This document shows positions 40,368 through 40,374 of a DNA stretch of 40,374 bases, in pieces. This DNA is from Acidobacteriaceae bacterium. Its GTDB lineage: Bacteria; Acidobacteriota; Terriglobia; Terriglobales; Acidobacteriaceae. The position numbers were made by a program, and so were the translations under genes. Each line of letters starts with the position of its first letter. Within the stretch, counting starts at the first letter, position 1. The notes under the pieces were generated by a model. The model had not been told where the DNA came from and did not search any database. It saw only the letters and a program-made list of their open reading frames with translations. The stretch lies in assembly GCA_030050035.1 (NCBI GenBank), contig JASIJW010000604.1, forward strand, positions 1 to 40,374, written 5' to 3'.

Positions 40368-40374
40368 GCAGCGC

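Overview
GC-rich chromosomal window of mostly core genes. Gene content, RpoD/IF-2 style and a REP-like repeat suggest an Acidobacteriota (Terriglobia-like) genome; this is an inference. Left to right: (1) the C-terminal tail of a tyrosine integrase and an att-like arm abutting the 3' end of tRNA-Glu(TTC), i.e. the edge of an integrated element lying mostly outside the window; (2) an RND efflux pair, a ComEA-like HhH protein, an MscS-family channel and a secreted hypothetical protein; (3) a histidine operon hisI-G-D-C-B-H-F-A, with no hisE or histidinol-phosphatase, preceded by a His-rich leader peptide with a visible antiterminator/terminator switch; (4) a 2-hydroxyacid dehydrogenase; (5) a TPP-riboswitch-controlled TonB receptor / APH-fold kinase / PnuC(PnuT) operon; (6) MFS and GT2 genes, acyl-CoA dehydrogenase, a REP-like element, PfpI, DUF1080 and PLD; (7) rimP-nusA-infB with a rimP leader; (8) tandem HdeD paralogs with conserved FNR-like boxes; (9) dnaG, with a 20-bp tandem duplication over its start, and rpoD with a long leader. 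No CRISPR, rRNA or intact transposase was seen. The most notable items are cis-regulatory and missed by the ORF track: the probably leaderless His attenuator, the TPP switch, the dnaG uORF and the att arm. I do not see a clearly novel multi-gene system.
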